DNA of 62,163 nt, counting the filler. It is 12 parts of 12 records of this genome, joined end to end, with 100 filler letters (N's around TTAATTAATTAA, not from the genome) between each part and the next. Parts side by side here need not be neighbours in the genome. Positions count along the whole stretch, not along the records: positions 27,923 to 31,129 come from SRR9670534_1343; positions 31,230 to 37,014 come from SRR9670534_1345; positions 37,115 to 43,729 come from SRR9670534_1348; 9 more parts are not named here. The stretch is one strand, 5' to 3'. Shown here piece after piece: positions 28,736 to 41,612 of this stretch. The translations under genes were made by a program, and so were the position numbers. The notes under the pieces were generated by a model. The model worked only from the letters and a program-made list of their open reading frames with translations, did no database searches and had not been told where the DNA came from. Every line of letters begins with the position of its first letter. Position 1 is the stretch's first letter.

Positions 28736-30004
28736 CTATAACTCAGTCTCAATAATACAATTAACATCAAAATTATTGTCATTATTATTTACATTGTAGT
28801 TTCTTGTGGAATCTTGCCTCATTAAGGACGTGTTTTTAAGACTCTGCAACCCAAACCGCTTTTTCGTCTTTCGTTGTCTATGCTTTGCAAATACTTCCCT
28901 ATATTTTTCAGTAAGCATAACATATAAAATAGGATTTAAACAAAAACTGAGGTAAGCTAAGAATTGCGAAGTTATAGTTAATGTTGCATTGGTCATCGAA
29001 GATTCCATGGCAGAAGTGATGTTGTATCTACTCCATATTGCATAAGTATGGTATGGAAACCAACAAATGCAAAACATAGCTAAAAGGGATATGATCATAA
29101 TTATGGCTTTATTCTTCCGACTGCTATTTCTTCGTAAGTTCTTAATCTTCTTAAGCACTACCAAATAGAGGATAATGATCAGAATCAAAGGAATTGCGTA
29201 TGTCACGCAAATTGAGCATAGAAAGTATAGCCTTTCTTTAAAGAGATCTTTGTAAAACTTTTCAGAAACCATTTCAACTTCTGCAATCAGATTATCGCAA
29301 ATTAATTCGGCAGCCATGGCTAAACTCCAATTGGGTGAATTAGACATTACTGAGGTATAGTTTTGGAATGAAAGATTTTCAAAAATGTCTTCCGTGATTT
29401 GACTGCAATTATAAAGCGTCAAAAATTGATTGGATTCTATCAATGTTCTTTTCTGAATATATAAATTAAAGATGTTTTGATCACCACAAAATTCAGCAAA
29501 AACATCGTATTTTCGTATGGTTTCTATGTTCAAGCAGAAAGCGATAATCCATATTATAAACAGTATAGCAACTGCAATTTTATTAGATCTGAATTTTCTT
29601 GAAGCTAGTGGAAATTTCGTCACATAGAATCTGTCAATAGTCAGAACAGTCAAATTTAGCAATATAACATGAGCTGATATCGATTTGAATGCCATTGAAC
29701 CCTTACACATAATGCGACCTAAAGACCATTTTTGCGCTAAATATTGATAGGCATTAGCTGGAGGACAACATATCAAAAATAAAAAGTCTGTAATGCATAA
29801 ATTCAACAAGAAAATGTCAGTTACATCTCTTGATTTTATCTTTAAGGTGATAATCCAAAAAGACACCACATTAATCGAAATGCCAAATATACTTTCGAGA
29901 ATGAATAGGGCAGACCCAATGGCATATGTTGTTCTAAGCCACGTTGGTATTAATTCCACCATTTCACTTGAATTTAAAAAGGTTAAGTTTGAGCTGTTTG
30001 CCAT
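28736..30004 (-). CDS. Class A neuropeptide GPCR, galanin/allatostatin-A/kisspeptin receptor-like, intronless
   Basis: Seven TM segments with TDIFLLNLCITD, WSLGRIMCK, IDRF..TKFPLASR, FCICWFPYH and CLNPILY. Confidence 0.88.
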   Translation of the reverse strand: MANSSNLTFLNSSEMVELIPTWLRTTYAIGSALFILESIFGISINVVSFWIITLKIKSRDVTDIFLLNLCITDFLFLICCPPANAYQYLAQKWSLGRIMCKGSMAFKSISAHVILLNLTVLTIDRFYVTKFPLASRKFRSNKIAVAILFIIWIIAFCLNIETIRKYDVFAEFCGDQNIFNLYIQKRTLIESNQFLTLYNCSQITEDIFENLSFQNYTSVMSNSPNWSLAMAAELICDNLIAEVEMVSEKFYKDLFKERLYFLCSICVTYAIPLILIIILYLVVLKKIKNLRRNSSRKNKAIIMIISLLAMFCICWFPYHTYAIWSRYNITSAMESSMTNATLTITSQFLAYLSFCLNPILYVMLTEKYREVFAKHRQRKTKKRFGLQSLKNTSLMRQDSTRNYNVNNNDNNFDVNCIIETEL

Positions 30005-32109
30005 GATAAATAAGTTTTAGTATTTTACATTCCAGATGTCTTAAATCTCAAAAAGGCCAAAATTGTTTATGCGAGTTGATGGTTATTATATGTCTTTATA
30101 AATATATATTGATACATCACTGAATAACAAAATGTAACGCACACATGTGTTAATTAAGTGGCCATTATGCCAATTTAATAAATTTCACTGCTCATCTACT
30201 AACCCTAATAATAATATACCAACATCGTTATCTAGAATAATTACGATAAATCTAGAATAAAGAAGATCAAAAGATCATAGACGATTGTTACACAAGGCTA
30301 AAGGAGGACTAGGTATATTCAAAAAATATTATTCTTACCACATGTATCTATGAAATAGCGTGATAATCATGGGCGGAATTTCCGCCGCGGAAACATTTAT
30401 CTTACTTAATAACTTACTTGCTGCAACAGCGTCACTACCTAGCATGCTAAAACGCTATCATAAATTGCTATATAGCAATATTTCTGCACAGTCAAAAACT
30501 GTGAAAGAATACTATAAGACGATTTTCATTAAAATAACTAACATTTATTGTTGTTAATAATATATAGTAATAATGGTAGCAATAAAAACAAAGCTCCGTG
30601 CTTAGTAATCTCAATTAACTTCTTATTTCGAGCAGTTATTCCACGCATTAAGACCATGGTCAGATTTGCAATAATTGTTCAAATTAATATTGGCTGATAC
30701 AGATTGCTGAAAATGATTAAGATTACGACATGGTATTGTTTTTATTATTACTATATAGTATACTAATAACGTGATTACTTGAAGTAATTTACTTCTGTTA
30801 GTAATAACTTGGTCCAAATACTGTATATGTAGTATTCATATAATATTATTTATATTTATCATAAATATATAAAAACACCTATAATAAAAATAACAATGAT
30901 GTCGATCATAATAATATGTATTTATGTACCTATATTTAGAGCACAAAATCACAATTTGTTTCTAGAGTATTGCTCATTAATAGCTCCGCCCCCAAGAACT
31001 AACTCCTCCATAAAAATGTGAAAAAGTGCACGTGCATATCCATGTGCATTTTATCATGTGCACCTGATAGAGCAATCTTTGTTCTTTCAAATGAATAATT
31101 ATATATATGGGCAATTCCACGAAAAACGTNNNNNNNNNNNNNNNNNNNNNNNNNNNNNNNNNNNNNNNNNNNNTTAATTAATTAANNNNNNNNNNNNNNN
31201 NNNNNNNNNNNNNNNNNNNNNNNNNNNNNTTATTTGGAGTAAAGGTAACTCACTCATGCAGCATGGGTCATGCTATTAGCTTTTATTAATTTTATTTATA
31301 CATATGTAATAAGCATATTATACCATAACTTAATGAATATTTACTATTTGTTATGAAATTATTGTAATAATGAATAATGCATAAAATTATTGTAATAATA
31401 TTGTATTTATGAATAGCCTTTTGGTGATGGCTTGCCGCAACAGGGTGAACGTCTCAAAAATGCAATTCTTCTCGCAAAGGAAGTTGATTTTCCGTCAAAA
31501 CCTACCTGTACTGCAGAGGCTAAGGTATTAATCACTTTAATCTAGCTAGTTCATATTATAAACGTAAACATGGAGGTCTCTATTGTGCTTTGGTCAAGGC
31601 GATACCCAAACGTTTAGGTATCGCCTTGGCTTTGGTTCAGCTAATGGTTCATATCTGAGTGACATCTTTTGGTGAACATAAAAACTTACTTTTGTATTCG
31701 AATAGGATTTTATAAAGAAATGTTTGACATACACCGTACAAGAAAGACCTTCTGTATTGGAAATAGCTGCAGATGATTATCTGAAGGTACCCACTCGGAA
31801 GAAGACAGAAAAGCCTTCTGTTACTGCCTCTCTCAACGATAGTGCTGAGTTGTAAACTTATATTAGTTAGATGATTTTTTTTTAATTGAAGGAGGAGTCT
31901 TTTTAGGTAAGTTTTTATTGCATGATGCGCTAGCTCTTTCTTATTGCTAATACAATAATAGTATATGAAGATATTTCTTATCGTTATAGAGGTATAAATA
32001 TATTAATAGAAATATATTCAGGTTTTTAATAAGACGATTATTATTGTATTAATAAGTAATCATTAATAATTATAAATATAGTTATAATGTATACACTTTT
32101 GAACAATTG

Positions 32110-35100
32110 CTACAATGGTACATCGCCTTCTGTTGGTATGTACTTTAAGTCATAATCGTTAACATTGTTATTATCCGTGCTGAGGGTTGTAGCTGCACTT
32201 AGGAATGATCCTTGCGTTTGCGAACGAGAAACTCTTACAGGTTCCATAATTAATCGAGTCTTTTCTCTCCCTTCTAAATTTGATAAATACATACATGGCT
32301 TATTTTACTATAACATTTTCCTAATATTTCACATTACCTCCGCTATGATCCGTTCCTGAAGTTTCTGCTGTGCAGTCTACTGAATCTTTTGTTGCTGTAC
32401 TTGTTGAAGTTTGGCTGGGTTGTTGTTGTGCTGCTGATCCAGGAGATAGGGTCATTCCTGGAAGTTTTGGGGCAGGATTAGTCGGTGATGGCTTCTTGGC
32501 CATCATGCTTTGCCTGACATTTCTTTCAGGATGCAAGATTATTATGTATACCTTTGGTGCAAAGAGGCATGCCAAAGCCACAGTTGCTGATAATGATACA
32601 CTGAAACATATGGTTGCCAGCCTAATTTCAATGTTATTTGCTGTGCTGAAGTAAATTGGTACAAAAGCCAACCAAATGATACATGTTGTATACATGGTAA
32701 AGCTAATCTGTTTTGTTTCATTAAAAGCTTCGGGCATTTTTCTTGTTTTTATTGCGTAAATAGTACACAGAATAATCAGAAAGATTGGATAAATAAATCC
32801 AATAATGTAACCTATGGATACAGAAGTTACACAAACTAATTGATTATCCTCTCTTGTAGGATAATGGTATGTAGCTTTAGGGATTTTTACAAGCAACCAG
32901 CCTCCACCAACCACAATTTGACCTAAAACTAGTAGGGAACATATCACCAGTTGCGATTTTGGACTGATAAATCTGGGCCGTTTGGTACTCTTTTTTCCAG
33001 CGGCAAATATTCTTGAAATTCTGTTTGTTTTTACTAAGAGGGCTGAATAGCAAAGTGTGAAACAAAATCCCATGCCAAACCTTTGAACCCCACAAACTAT
33101 TTTGTTAGGTTTCATAATGAAGATAAATGTCATCGAGTAGCAAATGGTAACACCAGCCAAAAGTATGAAGGACAATTCTTTGCTTGCTGCCTTTACAATT
33201 GGTGTATTTATATACTTTATCATTACTACAATTATAAATATTGTTGCAATTATTCCTATTGTGGCCAAAGTCATTGCTGCAATTGCGATTGCTGAAGTCC
33301 ACTTTAGATATTTTAGAGGAATTGGATCACAACCAGTTAAAGCTGCATTTGGTATAGTACCACGGGGACAGTCTTCGCATTTAGTGGCCAAATATTGCCA
33401 TCTAGTACAGTCATTGCAAACCCAACAACAGCCTGTACCATCTTGCATAACCTGTTCTTGATTTTTTAAACATGGGAAACTGCATACTGATTTAGGATGA
33501 GCTTTTTCGTTCATTGTAAACTGAATGTTTTCCATTGGAAGCTAATTTGATAGTATTATTAATGATCTTATTGAACAATAAGAAGACTACTGCAAGACAT
33601 ACATAGACTTTTCCACTTTTGTAAGTACCAACAGTCTTCCAAGCAAATTCACCTTCAGCAACTTGCTGGTAATTTAATATGTTATATCTAGCTGGCCCAT
33701 CTCCATTGTTTTCAAATTCAAAATAGTCACCACTCAAATCTAAAAATTTGCAACAGTGACATCTAACTGCTCTTTGTAAATGTTGTCATATGACTATATA
33801 GTGGACTGATACGATATGACACCTATAAATTTTACAGCCCTGAGATAATTGTTTAGCGTTTTTCCATCAATGAAGCCATTTTCATTGTCATGCAATGCAG
33901 GACAATGAGCAAACTTGCCATGACAAGCATCATAGAAAAAGTCTTTGATTGCGTATGCTATTGCCAAAACTGCGTTACTAACGAACTGAAGTTGTGACTC
34001 CCATTCCAACTGATAATTGGATTCATTAACAACTACGCTACAAGGTGTAGTATATTCCATTGTCCATGGAGTTGGATCTTGCAACGGGTCATCACAATGC
34101 CAGTGTCCCTCCCAGTATTCCCTAAACCATGGATTTCGTAGATTTGTATCGGGACGTAAACCTCTAAAATATTCTTCAAAGCCTTTGACAGGATTGGCCA
34201 TTGGTTGTAGCGTTATAGCTCCTTCAACCTGAAGTTCTTGATTGTTGTCTGTAACTTGGGCTCTAGCGCCCCATCCATCGGATCCCAGCCAGGCAAAATG
34301 TCCAGTTAGGTTATTTCTTTTAATTGCAGCCATCATTTCTCCAACTTCCTGCTCGGATGCAAATATTACAACCCCTTAATTATTAAAAAAGTTTGATGCA
34401 TAATAGTAATAACTATTATTAATAATAATAAGTTGTCAAAGTGTATACCCCTAGCTTTTTTAAAATTCTTTAAGTCTTGTGCAATCAAGTCAAAATCTGC
34501 TGCCTTTGCCACCCCAGAATCCTTTTTGAATTTATGTCTTGCAGCGATGCAAATCTTGTTTAAACTTGCTAACTCTTCTATTTTGTTCATGCCCTTTAAT
34601 AATAATTGATAATTGTATTAGTGTACATAATTATCTTTTAGATTATTAACGATGCTAATCAGCATGAAATTTTATTTCATCTAAAGCTGACAACATCTGA
34701 CTGAATTTTTTACGCTCATTTTAAAGGAGTCCTTTATTATTGTACCTATGTCTAAGGCACAATGACTTGTTAAAAATTTAAGGCTTATTTTTTGAATTGT
34801 TTACGAACTAAATAATGATTCACTAAGTACTAATGACTCACTTGTTCTCCATAATTGGATTCTTCGTACAATACTGAGATATACGTCCAATTGAACAATT
34901 TAACAATTTCAATCATTGCCCGTGCTTGATGCTCATCAGATGGTACTGTCCTTGAGAAGTACTCAAACCTAACTTTATTGGTCAATTCTGGGCTTGTTGA
35001 GAAGAAACTGACCTAAATAGGAATTGGAGCTAGAACAACAAAAAATAATAAAGCAGTTGCATTATTGCTTGACGTCCACTTTGTTGATTTTTCATAAGCT

Positions 35101-35988
35101 ATGTATGAATACAACACAATACGAAATATGTTTTTATTTATTATTTTTTATCAAAGATTCCATACTACAAAAAAGAGCATAAAGTGAAACATATATTGAT
35201 AATATAAATTATTAATTCTAAAATAAATTACTAATACTAACATAGTTATTATTAATAACTATGTACTATTTAATATAATCATGTATTTATGTATATATAG
35301 TTATAAATATTCAATATGTACATAATTATGTACTGTTTAATATAAAGTATTTTATTATTATTAATAATAACAAATATTTCTATACCTGAGGTATTTTAAA
35401 CAATTTTAATAAATTTGCCACTTGAATTGATGTTACACTTGATCCAGCACCAACAACACCAGAAATGATCTTGTAGTTCATCTCAGGTTCACTGCCATCA
35501 GCACATGTATATTGTGCTTCATCTCTTTCACTGTTTAAATTGTTGATACTACCCTTTATAAAATCAACTGATTGCTCTAACCCGTAAGTATCTGTGTCAC
35601 AGTCATCCAATATATGTGTTCCAAAAGTAATTCCAGGAATAAGTCCAGTTCCATTTAATGCATTAATATAGTCCAAGGTATATAGCATACTTTCCAATGC
35701 TTGTATCCCACCTTGCTCCATAATTTTTCCACATAAAATTGCTTCATCCCTTTCATGAACCATCATCAATCCCCCAATGATAAAATTTCCATCCAAATTT
35801 GCAACATTGTATGCAGGCCATTTGGTGCCAAATTGAAACTGAGTGGATGGAATTATACCTTCTGTTGTTAGTAATTCTACCACTGTTAGATTACTGTCAC
35901 TTTTACAAGGATTAATAAAGAAGTTTAATAATAATAAATGAAAAATAACAACACAAAGGACCTTGAAGGGTATTAACTTCATAATCAT
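32110..35988 (-). CDS. mtt: Class C GPCR, mGluR-related mXR/mangetout type (7 coding exons)
   Basis: Venus flytrap (GGIQALESMLYTLD, DDCDTDTYGLE, SSVTSIQVANLLKLFKIPQVSFFSTSPEL), Cys-rich domain (CCWVC) and 7TM (LVKTNRISRIF, PEAFNETKQISFTMYTTCIIWLAF). The motifs match my recollection of Drosophila mtt better than canonical mGluRs. Confidence 0.85.
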
Positions 35989-37295
35989 CAAGATATTGGG
36001 TTATTAGTTGTTCTCTATAGGGAGAGAAGGAATTTAGTAGTCTGGAGTAATTGGCAAATAGGATTTATAAACTCTTGGGAAGGAAGGACTGATGCTGACT
36101 AGTTTAAGTGCGATATTTTTCGTCGCTGGACAGTGAAGCCGCAAATAAGACCAATTAATTAATGACTGCTGCACCACTAAGCATAAAATAGTTCCCTATA
36201 ATGTAATTACTCTGGTACTGGGCGGCATAATGACTGCATGCTAGAAATTACTGCCTTTTTTATCCATAACTCGTCAACAAATCAAATCTTTTATGCAAAA
36301 ATGAAGAAGCAGAACGATTATTAAATTTACATTTATTAGAGACACATAGGAAGAGTTGTAATATATACAGTACTGTACATTACTGTTATTATTAATAATG
36401 GCCCATATGTACTATTTTATTATTATTAATTATGATGATAATGATAATTGCAATATACATATGTTATATGTGTATTATTTTGACACGCTGCCTTTGAAAT
36501 CGATATATTATAACAGAAGTTATAGCCAGCATATTTTTACGTCAATGACTTTGCCATATCTATACATAATAAATGCATAGTACCACCGTAGTTTTCTTAT
36601 TAAGAAAGTTTAGTAAATGGTAAAGGAAAATTTGCTTTATTAATAATAAATATTTGTCCATGTAACAAGCTCTAATTGGGAGAAGCGTTCTCTAGTTGTT
36701 ACTGGTAATAATAACACAGTAACTATATAGTAGATTTTACGTGACGAAATATTTTAATAAAAACATGCTATGTTTAATAATAACATAGTCTTACGTAATA
36801 TATTATTATTAACTAGTTATATATTATGTAAGAGTTTTCACCGAATATTTGTAATAAGTTAGTAGTTATAATATACAAATAAGTTATTAGGTATAAATAT
36901 ATAACAATCCGCACTAATATAGATAAATCTTCCAAACTCAAAGAATTACTTCTGTCGTACTAGCACTTATAACAACAAACAAGCTTTCTTCATTATTATT
37001 ATTATTATTATTATNNNNNNNNNNNNNNNNNNNNNNNNNNNNNNNNNNNNNNNNNNNNTTAATTAATTAANNNNNNNNNNNNNNNNNNNNNNNNNNNNNN
37101 NNNNNNNNNNNNNNCACACACAAAATGTTTACTTTTCAAAAATTTGAATGTATGCTGATGACGTACAGATGAATATTCATAGCAATATTGAATGTTTAAA
37201 GCAAATTGCTAGAAATACAAACATTTGAGACTCAAATTTTGAGTAGCTATGTATTTCATGGAGATGAGATCTCTTCTTACTCCATGATATATAGA

Positions 37296-38742
37296 ATGGA
37301 ATTGCCCATATACAATCTTATGTGATATAATGTATAATAAGCTACTGTATTTTCGCTGCTTTTACATAATTTGTTAAGATTTTCCAAAAAAATTTGTGGC
37401 AGAATTGTTTCAAAATCACCAGTCAAAAGCTGCAAAAATGGAAAGTATGTCAAATCAGTATTAATGGATCATAGTGGTGAAATTACTATAACTGCTTTTC
37501 AAGAATCTTATGATAATTTTAATAAATTGGTTGAAGTGGGCAAGGTGTATGAATTTGATAGATGCCAAATTTCACCAGCAAAAGAGCAATTTAACACTAC
37601 AAATCATGCATGTGAAGTAGTCATTGGTAAATACAGCATGATTATTCCATTAGCAGTGCCAGATAATTCACTGGAATTCCCCAGAAAGGAGACTTATAAT
37701 TTTGTTAAATTTAACAATTTTATGGAGTTGAAAAATTCTGGCAGACCAATTGTAGATGTTCTTGCCATTTGTATTGCAACTTGGCCATTAGGTTACTATT
37801 CGGTAAAGTATACCGAAGATTTGGTGCCTAGAAGGTCAGTGAGATTGGTTGATGATTCAGGACATTCGCTAATTATGGGAATCTTTGGAGAACCTGCTGT
37901 AAACTTTCCTGAAGGACAGTTTGATGAAGAAGGATTTGTTATGGTTGCTTTAAAAAACGCAAAGATTGGTACCTATAATGGATGTATTACGTTGGATTTA
38001 ACATCAGATTGTGGTGACAGGATTAAATTTAATCCCGAAGAAGGCACTGAGCTAAAGAGTTGGTATGAGAAGGAAGGTAAAATCAAAACATTTTGCCCTA
38101 TTGAACATGGAGAAAAGAATTTCAAAAGTATAAAGGAAGTAATTGAAGCTGGCATTCCTCAAGGAAAAAATGCTGGATATTATTTTATAAAAGCAAATAT
38201 TGGAGTTGTCACCAAATTTGATTTGTTGGAAGGTTTCTATCAGGTTAGTTAGCTTTATTAATACAATGGAAATTCCGTTATGGAATATGTTTGATTGATT
38301 GGCATTTGTAGGGTTGTTCTGTGCATTTAACTGCTGGAGAGGAATGCAGTAAATGCGAAAGTAATTTCAAGTCAACAAATTTATTCAGGTTAAAGTTAGA
38401 CCTGATAGATGCTGATAGAAAAATGTTAAACTTAACTTTTTTTAACAGAACAGCACAACGATTACTACCAGATCTAACAGCGAATGATTTGGCTGTTTTA
38501 AAGGAGATGTATGACGCAACTTTTGAGAAGGAAGGACGTTCGGTAAGAATTTAAAAAATACGTGTATAAAATAGAGTATTATTTTGTATTCTACATAGGT
38601 TGCTGATGAATCCGAAGTTGGTGAAAAATTGGATGGGATTGCATCCAAACTAACAAATAATGACAACTACTATTTTAAAATAAAGGTATCACTGTATGAG
38701 GAAGAATTTAACGCTGTTTGTCTTGACTTGTATGATAAGTAA
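37296..38742 (+). CDS. Divergent RPA1 (RPA70)-like ssDNA-binding protein with OB folds A, B and C
   Basis: LMDHSGEITITAF, VEVGKVYEF, IVDVLAIC, RRSVRLVDDSG and ELKSWY, then a C-terminal OB fold with a Zn site (CSVH...CSKC) and LTFFNRTAQRLL. Exons ~37296-37321, 37379-38243, 38312-38542, 38599-38742; the first exon is tentative. Confidence 0.85.
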
Positions 38743-39198
38743 ATGCCGGTGCTTTGGATCATGGCCTTTGATGCTTTTTTAATAAGTAATTTTTAACATT
38801 AAACTTTGTTATAGCAAACTCAAATATTTTTAGTTATTCAGAATAACTTATTTTACAAATGTTGATTGTTCTAGGTAGAACTTATTATTTTGACTCAATA
38901 TATTCTACAATTTTACATTACACATTTTGTAATATTTTGTTATATAATAAGAAGTTTATACAATATTATTTGTTAATAGTTTATTTCATAATTAGCAACA
39001 TGCAAAATGCTTGTTTAAATTACTTCTTTCAATTACGAGAATACATTGTATAAACGGTTGTTACAATAATATTTGAATAATAAAAAATTTTATGGACAAG
39101 CAATATTTATGCAATATTTTAATGTTGAATGTTATAAATATCGAAATATCGAATCGATATTATCGATATTGATGCAGAGAATAAAGAATACAGTACTG

Positions 39199-39995
39199 TC
39201 ATTTTTTGAGAAATTGTGGACATGATGGTACTTTTACTCTTAAGCCTTTGCCGTGTTCTTCCCCATGAGCAGCAGAACAACAACACTGACCAGAGTTACC
39301 ACCAAGATTGGTGTCTTGGAGTTGAATGATCACGTCACCATCAGTTACTTTGAATAGTGCATCATATGAAGGGGGCGGAGTCTCGACTTCAAGGTTGTTT
39401 TGACCAACGTTGTTATTATTGCTAGCGAACAAAACAGAAAGTGGCTGATCATGACATCTGCTGCTGTTGTTGATGTCATCATTATTATTACGATGATTAT
39501 TGAAATTGCCAAATAAAGCAGCCAATGATAAATTATTATCATTTGTTATGGAGGGGATTTGATCATCATCAGTTCTTCTCTGCCTTCTATTACCAACTAA
39601 ATAAATTGGAATTATTAATTTATTATTAAATTTGTATCATTCTATAATATTTCAAAAATCCTGCTTATCCAATCAAAGCCATTTACAATATGATAAGGTA
39701 ATTACCAACCATTGATGTTTCTTTCAAGTCTCCTTGATGCTTCATCAGAGAATAATTGGCTGAAGTAAATGCTATTTGTCCGATCCTCAGTCTCTTCATC
39801 ATTAGCAGCAGCAACAATGTCTTCTGGTACTTCCACTTCAGTAGCGTTTGGCCTCAATATTCTTCTTAAACATATGAAAATTGACATTTTTCTTTTCGTA
39901 GAACAATGGAAACAAACGCAAGCCATAACAAAACCAAGAAGAACAAAAACAAAGACAGCCAAAGCAAAACTTGATGCACCAAGAGTTTCCATCAT
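39199..39995 (-). CDS. Small single-pass membrane protein with a PPPSY (PY) motif, 2 exons
   Basis: N-terminal TM helix followed by Cys (VMACVCFHC), an intron at ~39597-39705, and a second exon encoding ETPPPSYDAL. Confidence 0.6.
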
Positions 39996-40235
39996 GATGA
40001 TTACAGTATTATTAATTAATTAATAATAACATTTACAGATTATATACCAAACGAAGAATAATGGAGTGTCATGTCTTGAAGCGCTTCAGTGATGGCATAA
40101 TTACCAGAGCCCTGAAAATCAATAGAAATTCTGTTACGTTACAGCTTCATCATTCAACTATATAAATTAGTATAAATTGCTTTGGTGTTTTGATTTACTA
40201 AAAATTGACCACTATCAGGAGGAATTGCCTGTAAC

Positions 40236-41156
40236 ATGGTTAAGCTTATTTATCTGACTTTAATTTTTCCACTTGCTCTGGTATTTGGTTGGGGTGCATT
40301 TTTGGCTTATGTCTTGTGCAAGCAAGAAAAAACAACACACTGGAATTTGATCAGAAAAATGAGACAAAGCATAAGAGATTTCAGAAGTAGGGTAGGCAAT
40401 GGTACTTATTATCATTAGTGATATAATGAGTAATTAGAAGCCTTAGGAATCCAATGAGTAATTACCATCTTAGATGACATAAATGACAAAAATCTTGAAT
40501 TTAGACATGTCAAAAATACGTATGTGAATATATGTAACAGCTTTTACTTGAGCTACCTGACGTTATATAGGTTATATATGCATGGGTAGCTCTATAAGTT
40601 ATTGAATATTTTATCAGTAATATTCCTTTAAAAATACAATATTGCCTTGATAAACTTATGAAATTTCATAAAAAAATATAAATTTCATAAGCATAGGAAC
40701 ATTATTTTAATAACATTTACTATTCTATAATTGGAGTAAATTATCGTTCTCATGATTTATGTTCTTTTTTACTTGCTACTCCATTATAATCACTAGTAAG
40801 ATGAAAGTGTCCCTTTTTAATAATAATAACCAATTATTATTAATAATAATTATTAATAACTGAAAAGGAACAATCTGTTCCGAGAAAATACCATTTCATG
40901 CATACATATACATTAGTATTATTATTACATTATTATTAACCCTAACGCCAACCTTGTATATCAATCAATGACAATTCAACAACTAAATGTACATATCAAT
41001 TAAGGACGTATTTCAAATTGAAATTTTCAATTACTAAATGCTTTATAGAATCAGAATAGTGATGAAGAAGCGAGTGAAGGCCAATCAGAAGGAGCTAGTT
41101 CGAAGAAAAAGAAAAAAGAAATTGATGATTTTGAATTCTTTAGAGACATCAGTTAA
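40236..41156 (+). CDS. Possible small single-pass membrane protein; exon structure unresolved
   Basis: ATG exon with a TM helix and basic juxtamembrane segment (40236-~40400) and a coding-like segment at 41049-41156. I could not settle the splice phases. Confidence 0.3.
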
Positions 41157-41612
41157 TAATTAATAATTGAAGCTATAGTATACACTTCATGATTTTTTCA
41201 CTTTTACCAAAATTATATAGAATAACATTACGTGAAGGTATGATCTTTGTACATAATGTTGTAGGGATGACCACTACTATAGTTGTCCACTTGCGGTAGA
41301 TAATGGTTCAATTTCAGATTTTTTCTTTAATTTTATTAAATCATGTTTCTTTTATTATAATTGTGTTAATAGCTAGAAAGGATAGGTATTACGCAATTGT
41401 GTAATAGCCTTGATAGCTACAACAAAATTTCGCAATATAAATATTTTTAATTATTAAAAACCTATCAATGATAACAATATAACAATAAAATTATTAAAAT
41501 CTTGGTAGCTTAGCTATGGAAACATGTCGGAATGATAGATTATTAGTTCTTATTAATAATTGAACATGCTTCTGTCTAGTAAAAACAACTTTCGACCATA
41601 ATAACCACTGGA

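Noticed and set aside
32370-34232. Antisense or alternative-frame ORFs over real genes (also 8175, 10439, 19829, 46292, 52705 and others)
   Set aside because: They are short shadows of genuine coding exons with no independent motifs.
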